DNA of 64,000 nucleotides from an uncultured Spirochaetota bacterium (GCA_963835575.1 CAWIGG010000002.1:768001-832000), one strand, 5' to 3'. Counted from the first letter of the stretch, positions 27,562-37,887 are shown. Program-made: numbers and translations. Notes: generated by a model from the sequence alone, not told the origin.

Positions 27562-30351
27562 ATGAATAAGGTTGGCGCTTTTTTAAATGAATTGGAAGCC
27601 GAGGCTTTGCTTGCGCAGGGAAAATTCACGGAGGCTTTGCCGCTTTTGCGCAATGCGCTTGAAAAAAATGAATATCTTAATAAGGAAAGCCTGCTCTGTA
27701 ATATTTCTCTCTGCTATTTTAAAATGCAGGATTATAAGCAGTCGGTTTTTTATCTTCAGGAGCTGTTCAAAATTAATCCGGAATATCCGACTGTTGTTTA
27801 TAATCTGGCATATTCTTGTTTAATGTTGAATGATTATAATCAGGCGGTTAAAAATTTTGAGGCTGTGCGTGAGAAGGAAGGTATGAACCAGGATATCGCT
27901 TACAACCTTGGGACGGCATATATGGGCCGTAAAGAAGGGAAGAAAGCCATGGAATGTTTTAATTATTTGATTGATACAAGGCCCCTTTCACCTCAATTGA
28001 TTTACAATGCGGGAATAGGCCTTGTGAACAATGGATTTTCAAAAGAAGCGAGGGACTTTTTTATTAAATACCTTTCTTCAGCTCAAAATGATATAGACGC
28101 GACATTCGGGCTTGGAATAGCTTATAATCAGCAGAAAGATTACCGCAAAGCCATTGAGTGTTTTCTCAGGGTCATATCATGGGACGAAATGCGTTATCCG
28201 AGCGCTTTTGTCAGCCTTGGTATGGCCTATTTTCAAATCGGAAATATATCAAAATCCCTTGAATACCTGAATGAAGCGGCAAGGTTTAATTTGGCCGAGG
28301 CATGGTATTACCTGGGCGTTGTCTATGAAGCTACCGAACAGCTTGATAATGCTGTTCTTGCCTATAAGAAAGCCGGAGATATTGATCATGCGTTCTGGGA
28401 AGTATGGGAGAAGCTGGGAAATCTCTATCTTAAAAAATCCTCTCTTCCGGAATCGCGCATCTCTTATAAAAAAGCGTTCAAGCTGACCGGCAGGCCGTTT
28501 TTCGCCTTTAAAGCCGGATTGATTTCAATGATGCAGAAAGAATACCCGCAGGCCCTGGAATATTTCCTGATCTGCTTTGAGAAAAAGAGTGAGGATGAAT
28601 TCCAGGAAGCGGACCTTTATCAGAATCTGGCTGTCTGCTGTTATTATCTGGATAAGCACGCCGAATCCGTCAATTACGCAAGGAAAGCGCTCGAAATTGA
28701 TAAAAAAAGGGAATCAGTTTATTTTGTACTGGGAAGCTCGCTTTTAAAAACCGCCAGAACGGCAGAAGCCCGTACAATACTCCTTGAAGGTCTTAAATTC
28801 TGCCCGGAAGATGTGAATCTTCTCTATACTTTAGGCGTGCTGGAAGGGAGCCTCGGCGATTACCGTTCTTCATCCGATTATTTCAGCAGAGCGGTAAAAA
28901 TCACCAGAAGCCCTGATGTTCTTTACGCTCTCGGGCTGGCAAAAATGAAATTAAACGATAAGGATTCCGCGGCGGAACTGTTTGATGAATTCAAGCAGTA
29001 TCATAAGGATGATCCTGATATGCTCTACAAACTCGGTCTTTTATTCATAGAGCTCAAGAATTATAATAAGGCGAAGACCGCATTTAAAGAAGTGCTTTCA
29101 ATCAATCCGGGCGAGGAAAAAGCGAAAAATTATCTGTATTCCCTGGAAGAAAAAATCAATAAAACAAAAAAGCGGGGCTCTTTATTAAACATCGGTAAAA
29201 ACTTTCTATTTTTATTACTCCTTCTGCCTTTTATCAGCTGTTCCCAGGAACATCTCATTCTGGTAAAAAACATTCAGAGATTAAAGCTTTTAACAATCCA
29301 GGACATGCTCCAGGAAAGCGGGTTCGGAAAGAAAAGACTAAAACGGGAGATCCTGACAAATCAGACCGTTCAAAACGAAGCAACGGATGAGAAAATAGAA
29401 AAAAGCAAAGTCGTTTCCTATAATAAGCAGCTCAATATCCCTGAAAACCAGGATTTTTCCATTAATATAAAACCGCTGAACGATTTTATCATTCTCAAGT
29501 CCGTTCAGGGGGACGTCCAGTATGTAAAAGCGTCTTCCCAGCAGGAAAAAGGCCTTTTTATGTTCCACAGCGGAAAAAGGGATTCGAAAATCCAGTTTCA
29601 GCAGTTTGATGTCAGCGGCGCGCTGGTAAAAAATCTCAATTATTATGTAAAAATCCAGGCCGCGGTCAGCCAGCCGTCCGTAACAGTATCACACTCCAGC
29701 GCTATGGCCTCGAATACAAATAAGACGGGAGAGGAGAATGTTCAAACTTTGACAGTTAACCCGAACATTTCCACTCTCATTATTACATCCATCCAGGGTC
29801 TGTCGCCGACAGAGGCGTTAAGGGAACTCAGAGGCATGCTTTCCTCAAGCGAATTTACCGATGATGATAAGGAATTGATCCGCTATAAAATGACGGAAAT
29901 CCTGATCGAAGAGAGGAGCTTTAAAGACGCCCAGGTTCAGATAGACGCTCTTAATAATAAAAACAGAAAGTCCCTGTACACCGGCAAACTGCTGATGGCG
30001 CGGAAAAATAATAAAGAAGCGCTCAGGTATTATATGGATGCCCTGGGCGGGGATGATGAAACGAAAAAGACCGCTGTCATTGATATGGAAAAGCTGATTC
30101 TTGCGATGGGCGCCGCCGAAAAGAATTTATTGGAAAGGCTCCGGGCTGAAACAAAAAAGTTTAAGAATGACAAGGATTTTTATGTCAACTCAATGATAGG
30201 TATAGCGAGGATTTATCAATATCTGCCTGACATCTATTCCGCCAAGGATATCTACGAATCAATTTTAAACGGCGATTATGACGAGGATTTAAAGGAAAAA
30301 ACACGGCAGTCGTATGAGGAATTAAAAAAGGATTTTCTGGAATACCGGTAG
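27562..30351 (+). CDS. Large TPR protein with an internal TM/lipobox-like segment and a C-terminal extracytoplasmic region
   Basis: Many tandem TPRs in the first ~530 aa, then NFLFLLLLLPFISCSQ. Confidence 0.75.
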   Translation: MNKVGAFLNELEAEALLAQGKFTEALPLLRNALEKNEYLNKESLLCNISLCYFKMQDYKQSVFYLQELFKINPEYPTVVYNLAYSCLMLNDYNQAVKNFEAVREKEGMNQDIAYNLGTAYMGRKEGKKAMECFNYLIDTRPLSPQLIYNAGIGLVNNGFSKEARDFFIKYLSSAQNDIDATFGLGIAYNQQKDYRKAIECFLRVISWDEMRYPSAFVSLGMAYFQIGNISKSLEYLNEAARFNLAEAWYYLGVVYEATEQLDNAVLAYKKAGDIDHAFWEVWEKLGNLYLKKSSLPESRISYKKAFKLTGRPFFAFKAGLISMMQKEYPQALEYFLICFEKKSEDEFQEADLYQNLAVCCYYLDKHAESVNYARKALEIDKKRESVYFVLGSSLLKTARTAEARTILLEGLKFCPEDVNLLYTLGVLEGSLGDYRSSSDYFSRAVKITRSPDVLYALGLAKMKLNDKDSAAELFDEFKQYHKDDPDMLYKLGLLFIELKNYNKAKTAFKEVLSINPGEEKAKNYLYSLEEKINKTKKRGSLLNIGKNFLFLLLLLPFISCSQEHLILVKNIQRLKLLTIQDMLQESGFGKKRLKREILTNQTVQNEATDEKIEKSKVVSYNKQLNIPENQDFSINIKPLNDFIILKSVQGDVQYVKASSQQEKGLFMFHSGKRDSKIQFQQFDVSGALVKNLNYYVKIQAAVSQPSVTVSHSSAMASNTNKTGEENVQTLTVNPNISTLIITSIQGLSPTEALRELRGMLSSSEFTDDDKELIRYKMTEILIEERSFKDAQVQIDALNNKNRKSLYTGKLLMARKNNKEALRYYMDALGGDDETKKTAVIDMEKLILAMGAAEKNLLERLRAETKKFKNDKDFYVNSMIGIARIYQYLPDIYSAKDIYESILNGDYDEDLKEKTRQSYEELKKDFLEYR

Positions 30352-30364
30352 AGGGGAGCTTTTC

Positions 30365-31405
30365 ATGTCTTTTATCAAGGGCGTCGAGGTTTTTCTCCAG
30401 AAACCCAGTCCTGAATACCTGCCTATTATTGAGCAGATGAAACAGTATGGGATCATCGGACAGTCGCAAAGCATCATAAATGCCTTTATCAAAGCGCAGA
30501 AAGCGGCCAAAAGCAACGCCAATATATTAATTGAAGGCGAAAGCGGAACGGGAAAAGAGGTTTTTGCCCAGGCGATCCATAATATCGGAAGAAGGAGCGG
30601 CGGGCCTTTTGTCAAGCTGAACTGCGCCGAAATACCCGAAACCCTCCTGGAAAGCGAACTGTTCGGCTATGAAAAAGGGGCTTTTACCGGCGCCGGAAAA
30701 CGGAAGATCGGTAAATTCGAGCTGGCGAATACAGGCACTATTTTTCTGGATGAGATCAGCGAAATGTCCCTTTCCCTGCAGTCAAAAATGCTCCGCGTTA
30801 TAGAGGACAAGACGATCACACGGGTCGGCGGGCTTGAAAACATTCCGATCAATGTACGCATCCTTTCCGCGACAAACCGCGATCTCTGGCAGCATGTGAG
30901 CAGGAAGCAGTTCCGCGAGGACCTTTATTACCGGCTTAATGTCATCTATTTTCATATTCCTCCGCTGAGGGAAAGAAGGGAGGATATACCGCTTCTGATA
31001 GATTATTTTATCAAAGCGTATATGAAAAACGAAAGCGTGAAAATCAGCTCCATAGATGAAGAAGTGATCCGTCTTCTGATTTCTTTGACCTGGTCGGGCA
31101 ACGTCAGACAGCTGGAAAACGTCATACATCATGCGATCATTATGACTTATGACGACCGGATATCACTTGAGGATATTCCGGAGAATATCTATTCCAGCAT
31201 ACCGGCAGGCGCCATTCATTCCGTCGACGGCTATGTCAAGAAAGACAATGTGATTATTACGGATATAGACCTGAATGAAATGGAAAAAACCCAGATCCTC
31301 AAAGCGCTGGAGCAGTCCCGGTGGAGAATTTCCGAAGCCGCCGAGATACTGGGCATCCACCGCAACACCCTCCGCCAGAAAATAAAAAAGCATAATTTAA
31401 AATGA
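30365..31405 (+). CDS. Sigma-54-dependent enhancer-binding protein without a sensory domain (AAA+ plus Fis HTH)
   Basis: GESGTGKE, ESELFGYEKGAFTGA, FLDEI, FREDLYYRLNV, AAEILGIHRNTL. Confidence 0.95.
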   Translation: MSFIKGVEVFLQKPSPEYLPIIEQMKQYGIIGQSQSIINAFIKAQKAAKSNANILIEGESGTGKEVFAQAIHNIGRRSGGPFVKLNCAEIPETLLESELFGYEKGAFTGAGKRKIGKFELANTGTIFLDEISEMSLSLQSKMLRVIEDKTITRVGGLENIPINVRILSATNRDLWQHVSRKQFREDLYYRLNVIYFHIPPLRERREDIPLLIDYFIKAYMKNESVKISSIDEEVIRLLISLTWSGNVRQLENVIHHAIIMTYDDRISLEDIPENIYSSIPAGAIHSVDGYVKKDNVIITDIDLNEMEKTQILKALEQSRWRISEAAEILGIHRNTLRQKIKKHNLK

Positions 31406-31541
31406 CCATTCTGAATGTTTTTATCAGCTTTAGTTAAGTCAATTATTGATATTGATTTCAGATATAATATTAAATTATTGCATTTCGATATTCTTTATCT
31501 TAAAATAATTAAACACATGAATAAACATGGGGGGGTAATAT

Positions 31542-32555
31542 ATGAAAAGAATCCTGATAACAGCCATTATTCTGCTTTTATTTGGTTTTTTATATTCTGA
31601 AGATAACAAAATCAGGATCGTTGTTTTTGATCTGGACGTGAATTCAAGTGATGTAAATAAAAGCGAAGCTATAACCCTCAGCGAATATTTGAGGGACGAA
31701 TTTATTAACGCCGGCGCATTTGAGGTTGTATCCCGCAAACAGCTGAATAAATTGATGGAAGAGTATAAATTTCAAGCCACAGGGCTGACCTCTGAATCCA
31801 ACGCTGTTGTACTGGGTAAATTATTGAATGTTAAGAGAGGAGTTATAGGTACTATAGGGAAATTCGGCGATACACTTCTTATCAGCCTGAAGCTTTTTGA
31901 TCTTGAATCCGGTAAATATATCACGGCGGAAAACATCAAGGATAAGACCAAAGAGGCCATACTGGATAAAATCAGCCAGGCCGTTAAGGTACTGACGGAA
32001 AGGGCATTATCTAAAAATGAAGTAAATACACAGACTACAAATGATTCTCAGCAAAAAAACAAGGAACCATTAAAGAATAAAGAGATCATTCAGATCCCTG
32101 CCGATAACCTTTTTCAAAACGGAGATTTTAACCAGGGTAAAGACGGATGGCAGTTATGGACCGGAGAGGGCGGAGTGGGAAGATTTGAGATTGATCAGTT
32201 TTCCAGGCTGAACGGTATCAACAGCGCAAAAATTCAGGTATTAGTCGTTGGTAATTACGATTGGAGCGTTCATTTACGGCAGCATTTTCAAACAAAAACC
32301 AATAAAGCTTATATTCTCAGTTTTATGGCAATGGCTGATGACAATATTGAGTTTTTTACCTCATTAGTTGAAGATAAAGAGCCTTTTAAGCCATTATTGG
32401 TAAAGACAGTTAAAGCCGGTCCTGATCCTCAGGTTTTTACATATACTAATGATTATCCATCATGGAATTCAGGTAATATGATGATTAATATGTGTTTTGG
32501 CAAATTAGGAAAAAGAACAATCTGGCTTGACGTTATTTCACTGGCGGAGAAATAA
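31542..32555 (+). CDS. Secreted protein: CsgG/TolB-N-like domain plus CBM4/9-like carbohydrate-binding domain
   Basis: Signal peptide; FEVVSR.QL.KLMEE..FQ.TGL...A..LGKLL.V N-domain; NLFQNGDF..G..GW...W.V.L.Q C-domain. Confidence 0.7.
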   Translation: MKRILITAIILLLFGFLYSEDNKIRIVVFDLDVNSSDVNKSEAITLSEYLRDEFINAGAFEVVSRKQLNKLMEEYKFQATGLTSESNAVVLGKLLNVKRGVIGTIGKFGDTLLISLKLFDLESGKYITAENIKDKTKEAILDKISQAVKVLTERALSKNEVNTQTTNDSQQKNKEPLKNKEIIQIPADNLFQNGDFNQGKDGWQLWTGEGGVGRFEIDQFSRLNGINSAKIQVLVVGNYDWSVHLRQHFQTKTNKAYILSFMAMADDNIEFFTSLVEDKEPFKPLLVKTVKAGPDPQVFTYTNDYPSWNSGNMMINMCFGKLGKRTIWLDVISLAEK

Positions 32556-32567
32556 AAATCTATTTAA

Positions 32568-34685
32568 TCATCCATTTTCGTCTGTTTTTTTAATGGGCTT
32601 AAATGTTTTTTCAACCCTGGCATCTATACCGGCTTCCTTCTTTTTAATCAACTGATAGATATTCTCAAAACTGTCCGGAGCTTTTCTTTTGGTCTTTCCC
32701 TTTACAAGCCTGTATGATTGATCATCTCTCAGTTCCCAGAGATTTGTGCAGTCCTCAAACTGCAGATCCAGGATTTTCTTTATAAACGAACCGTTGTTTT
32801 CGTCTTTGACAGGGAACAGGATTTCTATTCTTCTATCCAGATTGCGTTCCATCCAGTCCGCGCTGGAAAGATAATACTCATCTTCGCCGTTATTATAAAA
32901 ATAATAAATCCTCGAATGCTCAAGATACCTGCCGATCAGGCTGACGATTGAAATATTATCGCTCAAATTTTTTATTCCCGGGACCAGCGAGCAGATACCC
33001 CTGACAATTAGGCTGATTTTAACGCCGGCCTGTGAAGCCTCGTATAGATGCCTTATGATTTCAATGTCGGATAGCGAATTCATTTTCGCGGTAATTTTCG
33101 CCTTCAGGCCGTTTTTCGCGTTTTCCTTTTCCCTGTCAATCAGGCGCAGGAATTTCATCCTGAGATCGACAGGCGCCAGCGTGATTTCATTCCATTTTTC
33201 GGCCAGAGAAAAACCCGTCAGGAGGTTGAAGAGTGAGGAAATATCTTCCGCCGTTTTATCATTTGAGGAAAAAAAACTGAAATCGCTGTAAAGACGGGCC
33301 GTTATTTCGTTATAATTACCGGTAGCCAGGTGGACATAGCGCTTCAGCCTGCTTTTTTCCTTTCTGATGATGAGCAGGGCTTTGGCATGGGTTTTATAAC
33401 CGGCCACTCCATATGTCACATGGGCGCCGGCGTCTTCCAGTTTTCGGGCCCATTCAATATTCCTCTTTTCATCGAAGCGCGCTTTAAGCTCATCTATGAC
33501 GGTGACATACTTGCCGTTTTCCGCCGCGCGGATCAACGCCGGGATTATTTCCGACAAAGGACTGGTCCTGTAGAGGGTCTGTTTAATGGCTATTACTTCC
33601 GGGTCATCCGCGGCCTGGCAGATCAGTTCGACAACGGGATCATAGGAATGATAGGGATGAAAGAGGAGAACATCATTATTCTTGATCACATTAAATATAT
33701 TTTTATTTTTCAAAATACGGGGATAAACAGGCGTTACCGGCCTGTATTTCAGCTTTTCATTATCGATTATTTCATAAAGCAGCATCAGGTCTTTTAGATT
33801 TAAAATCCCGTCAATGGAATAAATGTCCTCCTCATTTATTATGTTTTTCTCCAGCAGGGTCTTAAGGATAAATGAAGGCGTATCCTTCTCATATTCCAGT
33901 TTGACAGCGGAGCGGCGGTGCATCCTCTTTATGGAAGACTCGATCTCTTTAAGAAGATCGGGGGCGTCCTCTTCCTGCAGGCTGAGATCGGCGTCGCGCG
34001 TAATCTTGATGACATGACAGGATGTGACCTCATATCCCTTGTATATTTGATTGGCGAACAACCTGATAATATTTTCCAGAGGGATAAAACAGTTTTTATC
34101 ATTCTCCGGCTGATAAAACCGCCCGAAAACATTTGTCGGGATTTCTAAGAATGAAAGCCGGCTCTTTTCAATATCCGGGTTTGCCGACAACGGGTTCAAG
34201 CCGGCGGCAATATAAAGCCGGCCGGTTACCAGTGTGATAAAAGGCTGTGTCGGGCCGATGGAAAGCGGTGTCAGGGAAGGCTTCAACTCGTTTTCGAAAA
34301 AGGGCAGAAGATTATTTTTTATGGGGATGATTTCATCCTGTTTGAGCAGGAGCTTTATCCCGATTTTATTGAGTTCCGGGATGATCTCCTGATAAAAAAG
34401 AGCATACTGCTTATTTATCATTTCATTCGCTTTTAAACGGATCGTTTTTAATTGTTCGGCCGGGCTCCGGGAAAGATTGCTCTCATTATCATTAATTTTT
34501 GCCCGCTTCTTGTTTTTTAATGCGGCCACCCTTACCATAAAAAATTCCTCAAGATTGGACGCTGTGATGGATAGAAATTTTATTCTTTCAAGAACAGGGT
34601 TATCGGCCTCAAAAGCTTCGTACAGGACTCTGTCGTTGAACTCAAGCCAGCTGTATTCCCTGTTGATAAGGGGATATTCGTTCAT
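32568..34685 (-). CDS. ppk1: Polyphosphate kinase 1
   Basis: NREYSWLEFNDRVL, HPYHSY, IKQTLYRT, ELKARFDE, GRYLEHSRI, SSADWM.RNLDRR.E. Confidence 0.97.
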   Translation of the reverse strand: MNEYPLINREYSWLEFNDRVLYEAFEADNPVLERIKFLSITASNLEEFFMVRVAALKNKKRAKINDNESNLSRSPAEQLKTIRLKANEMINKQYALFYQEIIPELNKIGIKLLLKQDEIIPIKNNLLPFFENELKPSLTPLSIGPTQPFITLVTGRLYIAAGLNPLSANPDIEKSRLSFLEIPTNVFGRFYQPENDKNCFIPLENIIRLFANQIYKGYEVTSCHVIKITRDADLSLQEEDAPDLLKEIESSIKRMHRRSAVKLEYEKDTPSFILKTLLEKNIINEEDIYSIDGILNLKDLMLLYEIIDNEKLKYRPVTPVYPRILKNKNIFNVIKNNDVLLFHPYHSYDPVVELICQAADDPEVIAIKQTLYRTSPLSEIIPALIRAAENGKYVTVIDELKARFDEKRNIEWARKLEDAGAHVTYGVAGYKTHAKALLIIRKEKSRLKRYVHLATGNYNEITARLYSDFSFFSSNDKTAEDISSLFNLLTGFSLAEKWNEITLAPVDLRMKFLRLIDREKENAKNGLKAKITAKMNSLSDIEIIRHLYEASQAGVKISLIVRGICSLVPGIKNLSDNISIVSLIGRYLEHSRIYYFYNNGEDEYYLSSADWMERNLDRRIEILFPVKDENNGSFIKKILDLQFEDCTNLWELRDDQSYRLVKGKTKRKAPDSFENIYQLIKKKEAGIDARVEKTFKPIKKTDENG

Positions 34686-36220
34686 AGTGCTCTCTCAATA
34701 ACAACCTGAATCCCGAAAAAGTTCTCCAGCAGATCGCTTTTCTTTTTCACGGAATTTTTGATGATATCCAGAAAATCATAACGGTTGTCTTTTATCTTAA
34801 TGAGGATTTCGCACCTGTCGGCCGTCAGGTTTACTTTAAGGTCTTCGACAATCTGGGCATGCGTATTATCCAGCGCGTCCGCTATCCGGAGGATGCCCGC
34901 CATGCGTGAAATAATCATTCTGTCTTCAAGCGGGAGTTCTATATAATCCGCATGGGTCGGCTTTGGCGGTGATTTTCTATGGTAGCGGGATATCTGAGCG
35001 ATGATCTTCATTTCCGCTTTCTGCAGGCCTATTATTTCAGAGGATGAGATCAACTGGGCCGAGTATTTATTATGACTGCTGGCGCCGACAAAAAAGCCGA
35101 TATCATGCAGTAAGCCGGCAACCTCTAAATATATTCCCTCACGCTCGCTGAAATCATAAATATTTTTGAGCCCTTCAAAGATTTTCATCGCCAGACGCGT
35201 CACGATAAAAGCATGTTCCTTGTCGTATTGATATTTCTTTCCAAGGGCCAGCGCGGACGAAATAATATTGTCCCGGATTTCCTTTTTGATCGCTTTATTC
35301 TTCGTAAACGCTATTTTATAGAGCTTGAAAAAAGAAGGGCTGATGTCAGGAATCAGTATGTAATTTGATGAGGTCAGGTTATAAAACATGCCGAAAAGGA
35401 GAAAGGCCACCTTGGATGTTTTCAGCAGCGTTTCGTTCAAATCGAATTTTTCCTTCATTTTTTCAAGGCTCATTTTTTCTATCTGCGTCAGCATCTTATT
35501 GAATTCCTTTCTGGGGATTTTATAAAAGCCTTTAAGCAGGAAATCCTGGAACAGTTTCTGAATGAGAAGAAGTATATCGTCATTAATGCCGATGAAACCG
35601 TTGATTTTTTTGATATCCGGGAATCTTTTCAGCGTATTGACAAAACTCATCGGGAAAGGATTGAGGGTAAATTGAAAATTATCGTTAAAATTATATTCTT
35701 TGACAAATTTGATGGTGCCGATATGATGGGTTTCGGAGAAGACTATCCTGCCTTTTGACTGCAGTACTATATGGGTTGAACCGGCGCCTATGGAAAAGAG
35801 AATAAAGTTTTTCTTGAGGAACCCGTATTTTTCCTTTATCAGGTTTTTAATCCCTTCATAAACGATTTCCGTTTCCTCGGATGAATCAATGGTTTCCACT
35901 TTTATGGAGGTCGCTTTTTTTATTCTTTCCAGCAAAACATCGCTGTTACCGGCGGCCTGTATATTGCCGGTTATATAAGTTTTAAAGTTGTTGACACGGA
36001 AGGAATGGAGAGATTCCTTGTACTTTTTGATAATCTGTATCGCTTCCTGGATCGTCTGGTTCGAAATGACCCCTTTATTGAGGATATCCTTGCCGATGGA
36101 AATATTATTCCAGAGATACTCTATGGGATAAACATTCTTTTTTTTTGTGACTTCGGCGATATGCATTTTGATGGTATGCGAACCGATATCGATAACCGCT
36201 ATGAGACGGTCTTTTTTCAT
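34682..36220 (-). CDS. ppx: Ppx/GppA family protein with C-terminal HD domain
   Basis: AVIDIGS N-terminus, IGAGST, LLHDIG, RYHRK, LRIADALD; overlaps ppk1. Confidence 0.85.
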   Translation of the reverse strand: MKKDRLIAVIDIGSHTIKMHIAEVTKKKNVYPIEYLWNNISIGKDILNKGVISNQTIQEAIQIIKKYKESLHSFRVNNFKTYITGNIQAAGNSDVLLERIKKATSIKVETIDSSEETEIVYEGIKNLIKEKYGFLKKNFILFSIGAGSTHIVLQSKGRIVFSETHHIGTIKFVKEYNFNDNFQFTLNPFPMSFVNTLKRFPDIKKINGFIGINDDILLLIQKLFQDFLLKGFYKIPRKEFNKMLTQIEKMSLEKMKEKFDLNETLLKTSKVAFLLFGMFYNLTSSNYILIPDISPSFFKLYKIAFTKNKAIKKEIRDNIISSALALGKKYQYDKEHAFIVTRLAMKIFEGLKNIYDFSEREGIYLEVAGLLHDIGFFVGASSHNKYSAQLISSSEIIGLQKAEMKIIAQISRYHRKSPPKPTHADYIELPLEDRMIISRMAGILRIADALDNTHAQIVEDLKVNLTADRCEILIKIKDNRYDFLDIIKNSVKKKSDLLENFFGIQVVIERAL

Positions 36221-36331
36221 ATGCTTGTCCTAAAAAATGAATTTATACAGAACATTAAAAATATTTTAAATTGAAAGGATAAAAATGTCTAACAAAAACA
36301 GACGGGAAACTTTCCTTTACTGTCATTATTC

Positions 36332-37851
36332 GTAACTATCCAGCCGCATATTTAATAGCGGAGCCGTTCAACGCGTCAATAAGGGCTTGATAAACACTGA
36401 CGCCCATCTTTTTTACTGTAGATATATAACCCCTGATTCTGCAAAAGGCAGCCGCTCCATTCCAGCTTCTGAATGTACCTGATATTTTCTGCTGGACTTT
36501 TATCATTCTGATATCCCGTTCCGCCAAATTGTTGCTGAATGGAACATCTTTTTCCCGCATAAATAAAAGGACAGATTCTTTATATTTTCTTAATCGGTCT
36601 AATAGGCATAAAACCTTGCCCCGCTTTTTTCTGCCGCGTTTAACAAGTCCTTCCGGCTTTTCAGGCGTTGGATTTACAGCAAATCCTTTCGCGATGATCC
36701 GGTCATATTCCGTATCATATTCTATAATCCTTTCCGCCGGTATTGGAAAACTTGCCTCTTTATCATTCTTAATCCTTATAAGAAGATTACCCATCTCCTT
36801 AGCCCATTCCTGACCCATTTCCTCATGTATCCAGATTAGCTCTCTCAAATGGTGTACATTACACAATCCATGACGGCATAAGAATTCCAGATAACTTTTC
36901 CATCCATCGTGGATAATAATACCGGTAAATCTTGTGAGAATGTCCATCGCACGCATCGCCTCTGTGCCGCGTTTGTCATGAGAAAAATAATAGGTAAAAC
37001 GTTCATTCGAGGCAACATGGAGCCATTTTAATAACCCTTTTATCCGAATACCGGTTTCATCACAGTGAAGAACCACTTCTTTTAGTATCAGTTCTATGAC
37101 TTTCTGTTCATACTCTTCTAATTTATTGTAGGTCTCCCGGATAAATCCTTCAATCGTTGCCTTGCTGAGCGGCACTCCCAATAAACATTCGGCGTATTCC
37201 GAAAGCCTTTCATAGGGTATCAACCCATATGTTTTCATATAGACCAGATGCGCTTTAATGTTTTTTCCATACTGTGCCTTATTGGTTATGCCTTCCGGAA
37301 ACTCCGCCGTTACTCTCGCACCGCAATGCGGACAATCTTTTACTTCCGAGCGATGTTCGGTAACTTCCACTTTTATCGGAGGTATATCGAACACCTGCCT
37401 TCTTTCCGTCCGCTTAACTGATTCGGAACTTAAATCAATTCCACAACAGGAACATTTTTCAACCTGATGTTCTATGATCTTATCAGGGCTTTCTACTTTC
37501 TTCAGAGTATTTCCCTTATGTCCAAACTGGCCGCCTTGTTTTTTACCGCTCTTTTTCCGTAAATTCTTTACTGTATTTTGGAATGGATTATCGGAAGACG
37601 GCGGTTTATTGCTGTTATGGCTGTCCTTATTAAGCTGTTCTTCCAATTTCTTAATCTTTTCCGCTTGTCTTTGAATGATTAAACCCTGCTCCTTTATCTG
37701 GTTTTGTAAATCAGCAATGATGCCTTCAAATCGTTTTAAGCAGGCCGCACAGTCTTTTTCTCTTCTATCTTCATTCATGCTATAGAATAGCATGGTTTCA
37801 TGCTCAATGCAAATATTTCATGTGACTATTTTTTAGTGGCTGGATAGTTAC
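36332..37851 (-). mobile_element. IS66-family insertion sequence, single-ORF type (ISBst12-like), 1520 bp
   Basis: 14-bp perfect terminal inverted repeats GTAACTATCCAGCC (36332-36345 / 37838-37851); 8-bp target duplication CATTATTC (36324-36331 / 37852-37859). Confidence 0.95.
36336..37793 (-). CDS. IS66 family DDE transposase
   Basis: Coiled coil, NS.KPPSSD, GGQ.GH.G, CxxC zinc ribbons, HCDETG, C..H..RE, NN.AER.IR..K...K.SG. Confidence 0.96.
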   Translation of the reverse strand: MLFYSMNEDRREKDCAACLKRFEGIIADLQNQIKEQGLIIQRQAEKIKKLEEQLNKDSHNSNKPPSSDNPFQNTVKNLRKKSGKKQGGQFGHKGNTLKKVESPDKIIEHQVEKCSCCGIDLSSESVKRTERRQVFDIPPIKVEVTEHRSEVKDCPHCGARVTAEFPEGITNKAQYGKNIKAHLVYMKTYGLIPYERLSEYAECLLGVPLSKATIEGFIRETYNKLEEYEQKVIELILKEVVLHCDETGIRIKGLLKWLHVASNERFTYYFSHDKRGTEAMRAMDILTRFTGIIIHDGWKSYLEFLCRHGLCNVHHLRELIWIHEEMGQEWAKEMGNLLIRIKNDKEASFPIPAERIIEYDTEYDRIIAKGFAVNPTPEKPEGLVKRGRKKRGKVLCLLDRLRKYKESVLLFMREKDVPFSNNLAERDIRMIKVQQKISGTFRSWNGAAAFCRIRGYISTVKKMGVSVYQALIDALNGSAIKYAAG

Positions 37852-37887
37852 CATTATTCTTTAAAATAAAAAGGAACAACGTAATGG

